63,299 nt of DNA from a virus (Duplodnaviria > Caudoviricetes). Made by a program: the position numbers and the translations under genes. Positions 38,110 to 48,362 of the stretch are shown here, piece by piece. The stretch lies in IMG/VR virus record IMGVR_UViG_3300025536_000016, positions 1 to 63,299 of that record. One strand, given 5' to 3'. A model generated the notes under the pieces. It searched no databases. It was not told where the DNA came from and saw only the letters and a list, made by a program, of their open reading frames with translations. How positions within the stretch are numbered: position 1 is the stretch's first letter; each line of letters begins with the position of its first letter.

Positions 38110-38649
38110 ATGGCTAGAAAAGCAGCAAAACCGGAAGAACAAGCCGGATTCGATTCGGGTGAAAATATCCTGAATCCGAAATCAAAAATGATTTTGATTC
38201 AGGGAGAGGAAATCGAAATCAAAAAATGGAATCTTGGGCAATTGACGGAATTAGGAACGGAAATCGCTCAAATGGTTATTACCCTCCAAGATGTTCAGGG
38301 AGACGCCGGCATGGTTATTGCGGTTCTCTCCTCGAAACTTCCCTTTGTGAATAAAGTCGCCCAGATGACTTTGAATAAGGATGAAGAATTCTGTAAAACA
38401 ATTGATGGAGACGAGCTCCTCGATTTATACGAGGCTTGCTCGGAACTCAACAAAAGTTTTTTTCTCAGATTCAAGAATCTGCTACCGGAGGGAATCACAA
38501 ATCTGGTCTCAAATCAAAAGTCGCCGGAAACTTCACAGGAAACGCAGGAAGTAGGGATAACTGGTTTGACCTCGTTGACCGACTTACAAAATCTGGGCAC
38601 CAATTCATCAGAGGAAAAGATTCCGGAGGAAAATATCAAGGAATCCTAG
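38110..38649 (+). CDS. Tail assembly chaperone (gpG-like)
   Basis: Between tail tube and tape measure; T-TTT-TTT heptamer at 38457-38463. Confidence 0.75.
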   Translation: MARKAAKPEEQAGFDSGENILNPKSKMILIQGEEIEIKKWNLGQLTELGTEIAQMVITLQDVQGDAGMVIAVLSSKLPFVNKVAQMTLNKDEEFCKTIDGDELLDLYEACSELNKSFFLRFKNLLPEGITNLVSNQKSPETSQETQEVGITGLTSLTDLQNLGTNSSEEKIPEENIKES

Positions 38650-38843
38650 GCTATGATTTAGACCAATTTGAGTGGTTCTTGGAATCCTCTGAAAGGTCGA
38701 GAGCAATCGAAAGGGCGGAATTCATTGAGGATATGTGCTTAGCAGTAAGAACAGTTCTTGCAAAACCGGAAGAGGTTAAACGCAGTATTGAGAAGGTGAA
38801 AAGGAATGCCTACCAGAGAAGAAAAGTTAAAAGTAGGAGTTGA
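38457..38843 (+). CDS. Tail assembly chaperone -1 frameshift extension (gpGT-like)
   Basis: -1 frame open from the slippery site to 38843 (ILGYDLDQFEWFLE). Confidence 0.7.
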   Translation, partial: FFSQIQESATGGNHKSGLKSKVAGNFTGNAGSRDNWFDLVDRLTKSGHQFIRGKDSGGKYQGILGYDLDQFEWFLESSERSRAIERAEFIEDMCLAVRTVLAKPEEVKRSIEKVKRNAYQRRKVKSRS

Positions 38844-41800
38844 AATCGGGCTCGATGGAGGAGAGAATCTTTCCGAGCTTGAGGACAGACTTGAACGTCT
38901 CAAGAATGTAAATAACACAAAGGTAAAAGCACTTGAATCCGGATTCAATGATTTAGATAAACGCGTAAAAGCGACTAATAAATCAGCCCTCGAATTGGTT
39001 TCAACAATCAGCAAATTAAATCGTGGCGGGGCGGGATTGGATAAACAGACCCAATCCGCCACGAAAGCCCAATTAGCCCAAGAAAAATTAAATATTTCTG
39101 CTCGGAAATTGGAACAGCAGCAACAGAAATTAGATGCTCAGCAGATAAAAATATCCTCCTCATTCGATAGGGCTTCCAATTCTCAGAAACGTGCTGACCA
39201 AGAAACCCAGAGATTAGCAAATTCTCAAAAGAGATTGGAGATTCAAACCCAGAAATTGAATTCTCAATTATCTAATCAGGGATATGATAAGTACTCGAAA
39301 ACAATCTCTCAGATTCAGTCGAATATTGATAAACTGGGGTCATCCATCGAGTCGGCAGGGAAAAAGCTCACAGTCGGTCTTACAGCGCCCATAATCGCAG
39401 CAGGAATCGCATCCTCCAAGTTCGCAGGAGACCTTGAGGAATCAATTGCGGAGATTTCAACAATTGCTCCTCAGATTGACACGAAAAAATTAAATTCCCA
39501 GATAACGGATATTTCGACACGAATCCCAATTGCTGCGAATGATTTAGCCGCCGCGATTTATAATATTTTCTCCTCGATTGATGTTAATCAAGACCAAGCG
39601 GTCGGTTTGGCAGAGATTTTCGCAAAAGGAGCACGAGCCGCAAAAACTGATGTCGACACATTCGGAACAGCAATTCTGGGAGTCATCAATGCTTATAAAT
39701 TGGATGTTTCCCAAGCTTCGGAAGTCTCCGATATTTTCTTTAATACGGTCAATAAAGGTGTCATCAATGGACAGGAATTGGCAACGAATCTGGGGCAGGT
39801 CACACAAAGCGCAAAAAATGCCGGTGTTTCCTTTAAGGATTTGGGAGCCTTTATCGCTGCCGTTACGAAAGAGGGAGGAAACGCCGCTCAGAATGTCAAT
39901 AATCTGAATAATGTCTTTTCAAAGATTGTTACTCCTGATTCTCAGAAAGCATTAGATAATCTTTTAGGAAAAAATTCCACAGTCGATGCTCAAGGGAATT
40001 TCCTCCCAATCATTGATGTTCTGGATAAATTAAAAGCGAAATTAGATACTTTTTCCCAATCGGATAAAGCAAAGGCATTACAGGATATATTCCCAGACCT
40101 CCAAGCACGGACGGGTGTTCTGACATTAATTTCTCAATTGGATTTCCTCCGAGAAACGATGGCTTTGAATGAATCTCAAGCAGGTTCTACGGAAAAAGCT
40201 TATCAGAAAATGGTCGCGACGACAAATGCCCAATTTACTTTATTGAAGAATATTGCGATTGCAGCTCTTGTCTCAATCGGAAATTCTCTCCTCCCTGTTC
40301 TCGTTCCTTTATTCCAGAAATTAGGAGATATTATTTTATATCTCACTGGTCAATTTAATAATCTTTCTGAACCAGTAAAAGAATTTCTCGGAGTGATTGC
40401 TGTCATCGCTGCCGCGATTGGCCCAGTCCTCGTTGTCATTGGAGGAATAATTTCCTTTATTACTCCATTGATAGGAACTCTCGGAACTCTATTCTCCGTT
40501 CTCGGAACAATCGGAGGGGCACTGGTTTCTCTGGGAGGATTCATTTCATCTTTCATCGGTTTAATCGGAACTGCCGGCTTAACGAGTTCCGTAACCGCCC
40601 TCGTTTCCGTTCTCGGAACAACCTTGATTGCTGCTTTAGGTGCTGCAGCGATTGCTCTCGCAAAAGTGATTCTTGCAATCGTTGTGATAACCGCCGTAGT
40701 GGCTGCCGTAGTCGCCGCCGTATCCGCAGCGCTTTATATCCTTTATCGAGTTTGGCAGAAAAATATCGGAGGGATTCAGGAAAAAACCTACGCCGCATTT
40801 AACGCGATTAAAACTTTTGTCATCTCGACTTTTAATCAACTTAAAGCATTATTTTTAGAAATCCTCCCTTATCTCGAACAACTGGTTGAAACGACTCTAT
40901 CGGCGATTGAGGAATTCTGGGCCCTTTATGGAGACCAGATTGTGTCAGTCGCGACAGTCTGGTGGAACTACATAAAAACTTTTATTACGGAAACGATAAA
41001 TATTATCGCAAAGGTTATAAAAGGGGTTCTTCAAATCATCAATGGAGATTGGGAGGGCGCGTGGGATTCGATTGGTTCAATTGTAAATAGCGCGTTCAAA
41101 TTAATTGGCACGATTATCGGAGCGGGAGTCCGGATAATCCTTGAAATGATTTGGGGTTTGATTAAGGGACTTTTTATCCTCTGGGTAAAATTTCAGGAAG
41201 CCGGTACTCGATTGGGAGAAGCCCTCATCAATGGAATCGTCAACGCCGTTAAAAATAACGGATGGGAGATTCTTGCCGCGATTGAACTTGCCGTTCTGGA
41301 TGCTTCACAGGGTTTCCCTCGACTCGGAGCCTATATCGGCGGAAAGCTCTGGGATTCGATTAAAAGTGGTTTCTTTGGAGAATCACAAAATAATCCTTTG
41401 ACGATTACTCCATCAACGACGACTAATCAGGATGGAGGATTATCAATTTCAGCTTCAGCCAGTGCAACGGCGACTCTTACTCCGAGTGCTCCGACTGGTA
41501 AATTCTCCGGAGGCGGAGGAGGAAAGAAACGCGGAGGAGGCGGAGGAGGAGGAAAGGGTTCCAAGAGTAAAAGAGATTTCGAGCCAATTGACGCGAATCT
41601 TTTAGCCCAGAACGAGGCAGCATTAAAACAGGTTGAATCCCAGATTGAAGCAAATATTTCTGCTCTCGATAGAGCACGAGAATTGACTAAATTCTTTGGA
41701 ACGGAAATCGGTTCCGTGTTCAGGATTGAAGGAATCGCAGCATCTGATTATTACGATAAACTCCGGAGAGAAAGAGAGGATAATTTTAATGCCGAGATTT

Positions 41801-43593
41801 TTGATTTAGAGAGGAAGAAAGCCCGTGCGGAATTGATTCTCTCGAAAATGAAGCCCGGAGGTTCTAAAGATAATCAGAGAGATTTTGATAAAGCTCAGGC
41901 AGATGTCACGAAACTTCAATCGGAAATTGATTTGAAGAAAGCGGAGCTGACGAAAGAACAAATCAAATTGAATAATGAGGAATTTGATTCAATCCTCGAA
42001 AAGGCTGCCGCGACTGAGGAATTGACGAGAACATTGTTGGAATTGAACAATGAAACCCGAAAGGTAGGAGATTTCGATTTATCAAAAGAATTCGACTCAA
42101 AATTGGAACAGAACAAGTTGGATTTACAGGGCGCTAGAAGGGCATTAGAGGACGCTCAGTTCCTTTCTACGGATGACCCTATGAAACCCATCCTGATTGA
42201 GCGTTATCAACTCTTAATCAAGAATCTGATAAAACAACAGGAATTAATTGAGTCCATCAAACAGCAGAAAGAATCTCAGCTCGATTTCAATGTCGGAGAG
42301 GAAGAATTAAATAAAATCCTCGATAAAAGACAATCGGCTCTGGAGAATTTGAATCGAGCCCTCGAAGCTTCCGGAGCAGATGAGGATGCTTCCACAAAAG
42401 CGCGTCGCGACCTGATGAAAGCTTATGAGGGAGATATTGATAAAGTTATCGCGAGATTAGAATTTCTTGCGACGATTTTGAAAAATCCCGCGGCGCAGAA
42501 AGCTCTGGAATCCTTCAAACAACAAAGGTCTCAAGATAGAACAGTTCCTTTCTCCGAGAAATTGAGAGATGTTCAAAGACCATTGGAAGATTCGCTTCAA
42601 TCGAGGGATAGAAGATTAGCCGATGTTGAAACTTCCGGAAAATCGGATATTGAGAAACAACTTTCTCGATTGGCAATCATCAAGGAAACAACTGCTGAAT
42701 TATTGAAACAAGCTGATGCTTATGTCGCTCTTGCTCAACAATCAGGGAATCCGAAAATAATCGCTGATGCGGAAGCTGCTCGCGACGCAATCCGGAAAAT
42801 GAGCTTAGAGACTCAGAATTTCTCTACTCAATTGAAGAATACAGCGATTGATGCTTTCGCAACAGGATTCAATAATTTCCTTCAAGATTTGGTCTCGGGT
42901 TCGGTTTCCGCAGGAGATGCCCTTTTGAATTTTGCTGCATCCTTCATTCAAGCGATTCAGCAGATAATTATTCAGATGCTGGCGTTAATGGCGATTAAAG
43001 CAATCCTGAAAGCTTTCGGAATTGATATTCCGATTTCTTTAGGAGGGGCAGGAGCCGGTGGCAAGAAGGATGGAGGAACAGCTGCTTCTCTGAGAGGATT
43101 CGCGGATGGCGGAAACGCTTATATGGGAAACACTCTCATCGGTTCCGGAGGATTGATTCAGGGAGCCGGAGGCCCTCGTTCTGATTCGATTATGACTTAT
43201 TTTCCGGCAGCAAAAACTTTTGGAAGAACGTCAGATACGGAATTCATCCTTGATGCTCAGACAACGAAAAATGTCGGCATCTCGAAATTGAATGCACTTC
43301 TCTCCTCAAAAGGAAGAAACTTTGATAGAATGTTCGGACTGGGTTTTGCTGATGGAGGCGCCGCTTCCGGAGTATCGGACGCAATCGGAGATTCTATTTC
43401 TCAGATTGGAGCTCCTGATTTATCAGGGAATCCGGTCAATGCTAATTTCAATCAATTGAATTATATTGGTAAAAAATCAATCGAGGAAGTTATTGCAGAC
43501 CACGGAATGTCCTCTGATGGAGATAGATTATTCGTTAATCAATTTACTCGAAATGAGGGAAAAATCCGAGCTCGATTGGGGTTGAAAAAATAA
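38806..43593 (+). CDS. Tape measure protein (TP901-like core)
   Basis: 1595 aa; LTVGLTAPI, TP901 core, hydrophobic region, GDWEGAWD repeats, long coiled coil. Confidence 0.93.
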   Translation: MPTREEKLKVGVEIGLDGGENLSELEDRLERLKNVNNTKVKALESGFNDLDKRVKATNKSALELVSTISKLNRGGAGLDKQTQSATKAQLAQEKLNISARKLEQQQQKLDAQQIKISSSFDRASNSQKRADQETQRLANSQKRLEIQTQKLNSQLSNQGYDKYSKTISQIQSNIDKLGSSIESAGKKLTVGLTAPIIAAGIASSKFAGDLEESIAEISTIAPQIDTKKLNSQITDISTRIPIAANDLAAAIYNIFSSIDVNQDQAVGLAEIFAKGARAAKTDVDTFGTAILGVINAYKLDVSQASEVSDIFFNTVNKGVINGQELATNLGQVTQSAKNAGVSFKDLGAFIAAVTKEGGNAAQNVNNLNNVFSKIVTPDSQKALDNLLGKNSTVDAQGNFLPIIDVLDKLKAKLDTFSQSDKAKALQDIFPDLQARTGVLTLISQLDFLRETMALNESQAGSTEKAYQKMVATTNAQFTLLKNIAIAALVSIGNSLLPVLVPLFQKLGDIILYLTGQFNNLSEPVKEFLGVIAVIAAAIGPVLVVIGGIISFITPLIGTLGTLFSVLGTIGGALVSLGGFISSFIGLIGTAGLTSSVTALVSVLGTTLIAALGAAAIALAKVILAIVVITAVVAAVVAAVSAALYILYRVWQKNIGGIQEKTYAAFNAIKTFVISTFNQLKALFLEILPYLEQLVETTLSAIEEFWALYGDQIVSVATVWWNYIKTFITETINIIAKVIKGVLQIINGDWEGAWDSIGSIVNSAFKLIGTIIGAGVRIILEMIWGLIKGLFILWVKFQEAGTRLGEALINGIVNAVKNNGWEILAAIELAVLDASQGFPRLGAYIGGKLWDSIKSGFFGESQNNPLTITPSTTTNQDGGLSISASASATATLTPSAPTGKFSGGGGGKKRGGGGGGGKGSKSKRDFEPIDANLLAQNEAALKQVESQIEANISALDRARELTKFFGTEIGSVFRIEGIAASDYYDKLRREREDNFNAEIFDLERKKARAELILSKMKPGGSKDNQRDFDKAQADVTKLQSEIDLKKAELTKEQIKLNNEEFDSILEKAAATEELTRTLLELNNETRKVGDFDLSKEFDSKLEQNKLDLQGARRALEDAQFLSTDDPMKPILIERYQLLIKNLIKQQELIESIKQQKESQLDFNVGEEELNKILDKRQSALENLNRALEASGADEDASTKARRDLMKAYEGDIDKVIARLEFLATILKNPAAQKALESFKQQRSQDRTVPFSEKLRDVQRPLEDSLQSRDRRLADVETSGKSDIEKQLSRLAIIKETTAELLKQADAYVALAQQSGNPKIIADAEAARDAIRKMSLETQNFSTQLKNTAIDAFATGFNNFLQDLVSGSVSAGDALLNFAASFIQAIQQIIIQMLALMAIKAILKAFGIDIPISLGGAGAGGKKDGGTAASLRGFADGGNAYMGNTLIGSGGLIQGAGGPRSDSIMTYFPAAKTFGRTSDTEFILDAQTTKNVGISKLNALLSSKGRNFDRMFGLGFADGGAASGVSDAIGDSISQIGAPDLSGNPVNANFNQLNYIGKKSIEEVIADHGMSSDGDRLFVNQFTRNEGKIRARLGLKK

Positions 43594-44519
43594 TGTCATA
43601 TTACACAGGCACAGCAACTGATTATCTGGATTTATTGGATATTATCGCCGCGAAAGCCCTCTTAAATGATTGGGTTCTCGTAGAGGATAAAAGACCGACA
43701 ACTCCTCAAATAATCCTCAAGGGTGAAGCGGATTCCGGAACGGATGAAATCTATATTGGTCTTTTGGCTTATGCAAATGATTTGGCTGATTTATATGGGT
43801 TTTATCTTCAAGGATATACGGGTTATCAAGCAGGAGTTGCTTTCCATTCTCAGCAGGGAGCGATTCCGAATATCTCTCCGAATTTTACTCCGACGGTTCA
43901 GCTCTGGAATACTTCGATGCCATATTGGCTCGTAGTCAATAAGAGGAGAATCATTTGTGTCGTGAAGATTTCAACTCTTTATTTTGCTTTCCATCTGGGC
44001 TACATTCTTCCTTATGCCTCGGTCGGGCAATATCCTTATCCTCTCTGCATTGGGGGTTCCAATAATGTCGCTGGGAGATATGACGCCGTAGGAGACCCGG
44101 CAAGTGTTTTTCCGATTACATATCAAAATGGAAATCTGAGATTGAGAGAACAGAACGGCGTCTGGCAGAATTTCTCTAATTTCAGTAATCCGAATAGCTC
44201 GAACACGTGGCTCAATCGGAAAGGAACTTTCCCTTATGCGGAGAATCGAATAAGTAGCTATGTTGGATGGAAAAATGAATTAAAAGTTCCTAATTCCGGA
44301 GGAGATATTTTTAACATTCAACCGATTTTAATATTTGAATCATCAGGTGTAAATAATTCAAAAGGGAATATTTACGGACAATTTGATGGCTTATTCCATA
44401 TCGGAGGATTGGATAATGCTTCGGAAAATACTTTCAATATCGGAGGGAATGATTATATGGTATTTCAAAATATTTATAGAACATCTCCTCAAGATTTCTT
44501 TGCGATGAGGTTAACATAA
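43593..44519 (+). CDS. Virion structural protein (tail-tip region)
   Basis: MSYYTGTATDYLDLL..., YPYPLCIGG; follows tape measure. Confidence 0.7.
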   Translation: MSYYTGTATDYLDLLDIIAAKALLNDWVLVEDKRPTTPQIILKGEADSGTDEIYIGLLAYANDLADLYGFYLQGYTGYQAGVAFHSQQGAIPNISPNFTPTVQLWNTSMPYWLVVNKRRIICVVKISTLYFAFHLGYILPYASVGQYPYPLCIGGSNNVAGRYDAVGDPASVFPITYQNGNLRLREQNGVWQNFSNFSNPNSSNTWLNRKGTFPYAENRISSYVGWKNELKVPNSGGDIFNIQPILIFESSGVNNSKGNIYGQFDGLFHIGGLDNASENTFNIGGNDYMVFQNIYRTSPQDFFAMRLT

Positions 44520-44520
44520 A

Positions 44521-45501
44521 ATGGCTTTTACATCTGGGAGTGCTCCAACAATTCTTGATTTGATTGATGCTTTGAGAGTCTTTGCGGTCGCTCAAGGATG
44601 GACGAATAATCATTATGGTTCTGATGGTTCAGGACAACGGCTCCATCTCTCGAAAGGAAGTTGTTTCGTTAATATCCGAGCTTGTGTCAATGAAACTTTT
44701 ACAGGAAACACGGAAGTTTTTGCAGCATCAAGTGGTTATGGATTATGGGTTAATCTCTCGACTGGATTCACCGGTTCCGGAACTGCTTGGTATAAACAAG
44801 CTGGTGCAAATTATGAAGTTTCCTCTGCGGTGAATAAATATCGTTATTCCGGAATCATGGGAAATAATACTTCCGTCAATTATTGGATTTTCGCTTTCTC
44901 GGATGTAATTTATTTAATCGTTGAAAATCCATCAGGGACTTATCATTGGTTAGGATTCGGAAATATTCAGAAAATCGGAGACTGGACGGGAGGAGCTTTC
45001 CTTTTCTCGAAACACCAAAGAAGCGAGGTTGTCACGACTAAAGTGATGCCATTTTCATATCCGATGTATATCGGTCTTGGTTCCGCCGAGATGCTGATTT
45101 ATGTTTCCGGATTCGATGGATTGACGGGATATGTTTCCGCTTATCCGGTCGGAACGGGAAATTTCATTTCTTATCGGTGCCTCGATGATATTCAATATAA
45201 ATCTGTCCTCTGGGAAGTTCCTCCTAATATCGCGACCGGAAAACCGATTATACTTCCCGTGAGTGCTATTATTCTGAGAGACACGGTATTTTCTTTCACA
45301 ATGCCATTTTCTATTGTTGGTAAATTTCAGGAATTGAATTTTATAAATTATCAGGGATTAATCCCTGCTTCGGATTATGACGACGGGACGGGAGCTCTTT
45401 ATAAGATTTTCCCTTTTCATCAGAAAGCAGACACGACTGCCATTTCAGGAACTCCGAATTCAACAACCGGAACTTTGGGTTTCGCGATTAAATCTAATTA
45501 G
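44521..45501 (+). CDS. Virion structural protein, paralogue-like to the previous gene
   Basis: MAFTSGSAPTILDLIDALRVFA..GW start similar to 43593 gene. Confidence 0.7.
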   Translation: MAFTSGSAPTILDLIDALRVFAVAQGWTNNHYGSDGSGQRLHLSKGSCFVNIRACVNETFTGNTEVFAASSGYGLWVNLSTGFTGSGTAWYKQAGANYEVSSAVNKYRYSGIMGNNTSVNYWIFAFSDVIYLIVENPSGTYHWLGFGNIQKIGDWTGGAFLFSKHQRSEVVTTKVMPFSYPMYIGLGSAEMLIYVSGFDGLTGYVSAYPVGTGNFISYRCLDDIQYKSVLWEVPPNIATGKPIILPVSAIILRDTVFSFTMPFSIVGKFQELNFINYQGLIPASDYDDGTGALYKIFPFHQKADTTAISGTPNSTTGTLGFAIKSN

Positions 45502-45513
45502 TTGATAGGTTAA

Positions 45514-47256
45514 ATGAGCACAATAATTGGGAATATTTTAGATTCTGGATTTATCCTCGATGAAACGGGGCTTACTCCTCAAGTGTCTGAATTTCTGGAA
45601 GCGAATTTTCCCTTTGAGGTCGAAAATCCCAATCTCGCTTATTCAGGTTCCGGAATAACGAGTAATGTTCCAATCAGTGTCGAGTTTCAATCAATCGAGG
45701 GAAATATCCTTGAAACTTTCGGAGATTTATTTTTCAATCGGATTCACGTTGTTCCTGTTAAAATTGATGTAGGGAATCTCGCGAATAAGCAGACGAGAGA
45801 AATCGAGATATTTAATGCTTGGATTCTCGAATCCGCCGATTTGGACGCCGTGACTCCGAATGGAGTTCTTTCCGGAGTTGATTTTGATATTACTCCTCCA
45901 ATCTCATTTCCGCCATTGACGGGATTCTCTTTTGAATTGACAATCAACACGTCAGGGACGCCGGCTTTCAATGGATTTTATCAATTCGATTTTGGTTCAA
46001 AGAGTGCTCCGGACTTAACAGTACTCGGGCGAAGAATTATCCTCTTTCCATTCAGGCACAATTGGTCACAACTACCAAAAGAAGTTCTGGAATATTTAAC
46101 AACGATTCATGAGGGAACTTCGGATATGGAACAGGGAGTTAAACTAAGGCCCTTTCCGCGACGTAGAATCACTTATTTTCATTCACCAATAGAAGATGGA
46201 GACTTGGCGAATATTGCGGATAATCGTTCGGAATTGGAAGCTCTTCTTTATTCATGGATAAATCGAATTTTTGCTCTACCAATCTGGGAGGATGTCTCCG
46301 TTCTCCAGAATGATTTGGCTTCCGGTTCTTTGAATATTCCTCTCTCTACTGTCGGTCTGGATTATGACGAAGGGTCTTATGTGATTCTCTGGAAAGATTC
46401 AAAAACTTTTGAATTGATTGAGATTGAAACCGTCAATTCCGGTTCCCTCGGTTTGGCTCGAGCAACGGACCTAGAATGGAGCCAGGGGGCTTTAATCCTT
46501 CCCGCTCGATTATCACGATTAAACTCGGAAGTCGAGCTCTCTGGCGACACGGAGGAACATTTACAATTTGAAACGGAGTGGATTCTGGAATCAAATCAGA
46601 AATCAACAAATCGAATCGGAACTTATACCGCTTTGAGTTATCGAGGATTTCCCGTGTTCATGGAAACCAATCAATTGGATGATAAAATAAAGATTCAATT
46701 ATCAGAGAAAAATACTCAGATTGATTATGGTCTTTCGACACGGACGGTTATCCGAAAGGGATATAATCCTCGAAGCAGATTTTCAATCTTTCATCTGAAT
46801 TCAAATCGTTCGGAAATTAGTTCTTGGTACGGATTCCTCGAAAATCGAAGCGGAAAATTAAATCCTTGCTGGTACCCGACATGGGCGAGAGATTTTGAAC
46901 TATTAAATGTCGTTGCTTCGGGAGCGACTTCTATGGTTGTTCGAGGAAATAGATTCTCGAATATCTACGGAAAGGATTATGATAATTTTGGATTGAATAG
47001 GAGAGATATTTTAATCCGTTGGAAAGATAAAACCAACTTCTTTGTCCGGATTCTGAGTGCATCTCCCGTAGATGAAAATTCAGAAACTCTTTTATTAAAT
47101 GGAAGTTTCCCGAAAGAACTTCAAGTCGCTCAGGTTGATAGGATTTCTTTCATCCGGTTCGCAAGATTTGAATCAGATAATGTCGAGGTTACGAAGGAAA
47201 ATAATAATGTTTCTCGGTCAACGATAAATCTCCGAGAATTAGTCGCTTCAGAATAA
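45514..47256 (+). CDS. Virion structural / distal tail protein
   Basis: FPFRHNWS...EVLEYLT...RPFPRR; RSGKLNPCWYPTW. Confidence 0.65.
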   Translation: MSTIIGNILDSGFILDETGLTPQVSEFLEANFPFEVENPNLAYSGSGITSNVPISVEFQSIEGNILETFGDLFFNRIHVVPVKIDVGNLANKQTREIEIFNAWILESADLDAVTPNGVLSGVDFDITPPISFPPLTGFSFELTINTSGTPAFNGFYQFDFGSKSAPDLTVLGRRIILFPFRHNWSQLPKEVLEYLTTIHEGTSDMEQGVKLRPFPRRRITYFHSPIEDGDLANIADNRSELEALLYSWINRIFALPIWEDVSVLQNDLASGSLNIPLSTVGLDYDEGSYVILWKDSKTFELIEIETVNSGSLGLARATDLEWSQGALILPARLSRLNSEVELSGDTEEHLQFETEWILESNQKSTNRIGTYTALSYRGFPVFMETNQLDDKIKIQLSEKNTQIDYGLSTRTVIRKGYNPRSRFSIFHLNSNRSEISSWYGFLENRSGKLNPCWYPTWARDFELLNVVASGATSMVVRGNRFSNIYGKDYDNFGLNRRDILIRWKDKTNFFVRILSASPVDENSETLLLNGSFPKELQVAQVDRISFIRFARFESDNVEVTKENNNVSRSTINLRELVASE

Positions 47257-47257
47257 T

Positions 47258-48076
47258 ATGCCAACTTATAATTCATCAGAGATTTCGACCAGAGGAGGAG
47301 AACCCGTTGAATATGTGAGAATCACAATGGGTCAGGATGTTTATCGCTATACGACTTCTCCAATCGAGGAGGAATTATTTTTTGAATTATATTCTCCTCT
47401 CGATTATCAGAGGGATGCTCCGGAATTATCTCCGGAACTTTCTCAAAATCAATTAACGATTACGATGCCGAGAAATATTGATTTTCCCTCGATATTTCAG
47501 AAAGCCGCGCCGAGACAACAGATTTTCATTATCATTTATCGAAAGCACAGAGGAGCTTCCGATTCGGATGCAATCAGTTATTGGCAGGGAGGAATTGACG
47601 GAATATCTTTCAAGGGAGATATTGCTTCGATTATCTGTTCATCTCTGGAAACCCTTTTGAAAAGAGGAGGGCTCCGTTATCGCTTCTTTGCGAAATGTCG
47701 TTTCTATTTGGCTGATGGAAGATGCCCCGTTCCAGCGACTGCGATTACAACGGAAACCGTAATTACATCCGCTTCCGGTTCTCAAGTCTCCTCGCCAGAT
47801 TTCGACGCCCTCCCTGATGGATATTTTAAGTTCGGAGAATTGACGACTCCGGAACTTGAATCCAGATTCATTGTCGACCATGTTGGAGACACGCTCACTC
47901 TCATCGCTCCATTTCCGGAGAGCCCCGTTAACAAACTTTGTAAGGCGTTAGCGGGATGTGATTATACTCCAGAAACGTGCGACTCGAAGTTCGGAGCTTG
48001 GACAGATGACGGGAGAGATTGCGGATGCTTTGATTCTATTCCGGTTGATAATTTATTCCAAACAGGGATAAGATAA
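47258..48076 (+). CDS. DUF2163/BR0599-family baseplate hub protein
   Basis: KCRFYL..C and AGCDYTPETCDSKF cysteine motifs. Confidence 0.82.
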   Translation: MPTYNSSEISTRGGEPVEYVRITMGQDVYRYTTSPIEEELFFELYSPLDYQRDAPELSPELSQNQLTITMPRNIDFPSIFQKAAPRQQIFIIIYRKHRGASDSDAISYWQGGIDGISFKGDIASIICSSLETLLKRGGLRYRFFAKCRFYLADGRCPVPATAITTETVITSASGSQVSSPDFDALPDGYFKFGELTTPELESRFIVDHVGDTLTLIAPFPESPVNKLCKALAGCDYTPETCDSKFGAWTDDGRDCGCFDSIPVDNLFQTGIR

Positions 48077-48153
48077 AGGAACTTTTTATCCTGATTCTCC
48101 ATGAAACAGTTGTATCAGATATGAAACACAAAAATGTGAAATTTTAACAGAAG

Positions 48154-48332
48154 CTTAAAAAGTGTTAAAAATTGACAATTTTCCGAAAATTAAGTAGTTG
48201 AAAATAAATGACTTGTGAATACAAAAATTTGGCTCATATAATCACATGGATTATATCGGAAAAGACGATTAGGCTCGAACTATCGAGAAAGCCTTTTGTT
48301 TTCAATCATTTAGAAGCACCAAATTTTGTTTC
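48154..48332. repeat. ~180-bp non-coding element, copy B
   Basis: Colinear with 11291-11470; extra operator at 48135-48149. Confidence 0.8.
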
Positions 48333-48362
48333 ACAAACTAGTGAAAAATAGAGGGATATTTT

